Positions 63,880 through 64,000 of a stretch of 64,000 nt of DNA are shown in pieces. The position numbers were made by a program, and so were the translations under genes. Positions within the stretch are counted from its first letter, which is position 1. Each line of letters starts with the position of its first letter. Source of the stretch: Octopus sinensis (lineage: Eukaryota). The stretch lies in NCBI RefSeq assembly GCF_006345805.1, contig NW_021836308.1, forward strand, positions 1 to 64,000. Direction: 5' to 3'. The notes under the pieces were generated by a model. The model was given only the letters and a program-made list of their open reading frames with translations. It was not told where the DNA came from and ran no database searches.

Positions 63880-64000
63880 CATATATACGACAGGCTTCTT
63901 TCAGTTTCCGTCTACCAAATCCACTCACAAGGCATTGGTCGGCCCGGGGCTATAGCAGAAGACACTTGCCCAAGATGCCACACAGTGGGACTGAACCCGG

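Overview
AT-rich, microsatellite- and SINE-dense eukaryotic genomic DNA; the repeat content looks like Octopus (inference from recalled repeat families, not verified). The only host gene I can support is on the minus strand. Thirteen exons (60092 down to 15983) splice with GT-AG sites and consistent phases into an 839-aa, 5'-incomplete ORF. It encodes a tall type I cytokine receptor of the gp130/LIFR/Domeless type: cytokine-binding module, three membrane-proximal FN3 domains, TM, Box1-like motif and a ~340-aa tyrosine-rich tail. The rest is TE debris: several tRNA-derived SINE families, RTE, CR1-like and R4/Dong-like LINE fragments, three Penelope-like (PLE) fragments, and hAT, mariner/Tc1, pogo-like, piggyBac-MITE and HINE-like pieces. 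The most striking unannotated signal is about a dozen minimal type I hammerhead ribozyme (HHR) motifs from several repeat families, most with palindromic stem III. One sits in a tRNA-Ser-headed SINE-like element, in sense orientation in the presumed 3'UTR, opposed by an antisense copy. Another is in sense orientation in the intron between the TM and Box1 exons. Repeat boundaries are approximate; exon and HHR coordinates were counted by hand.
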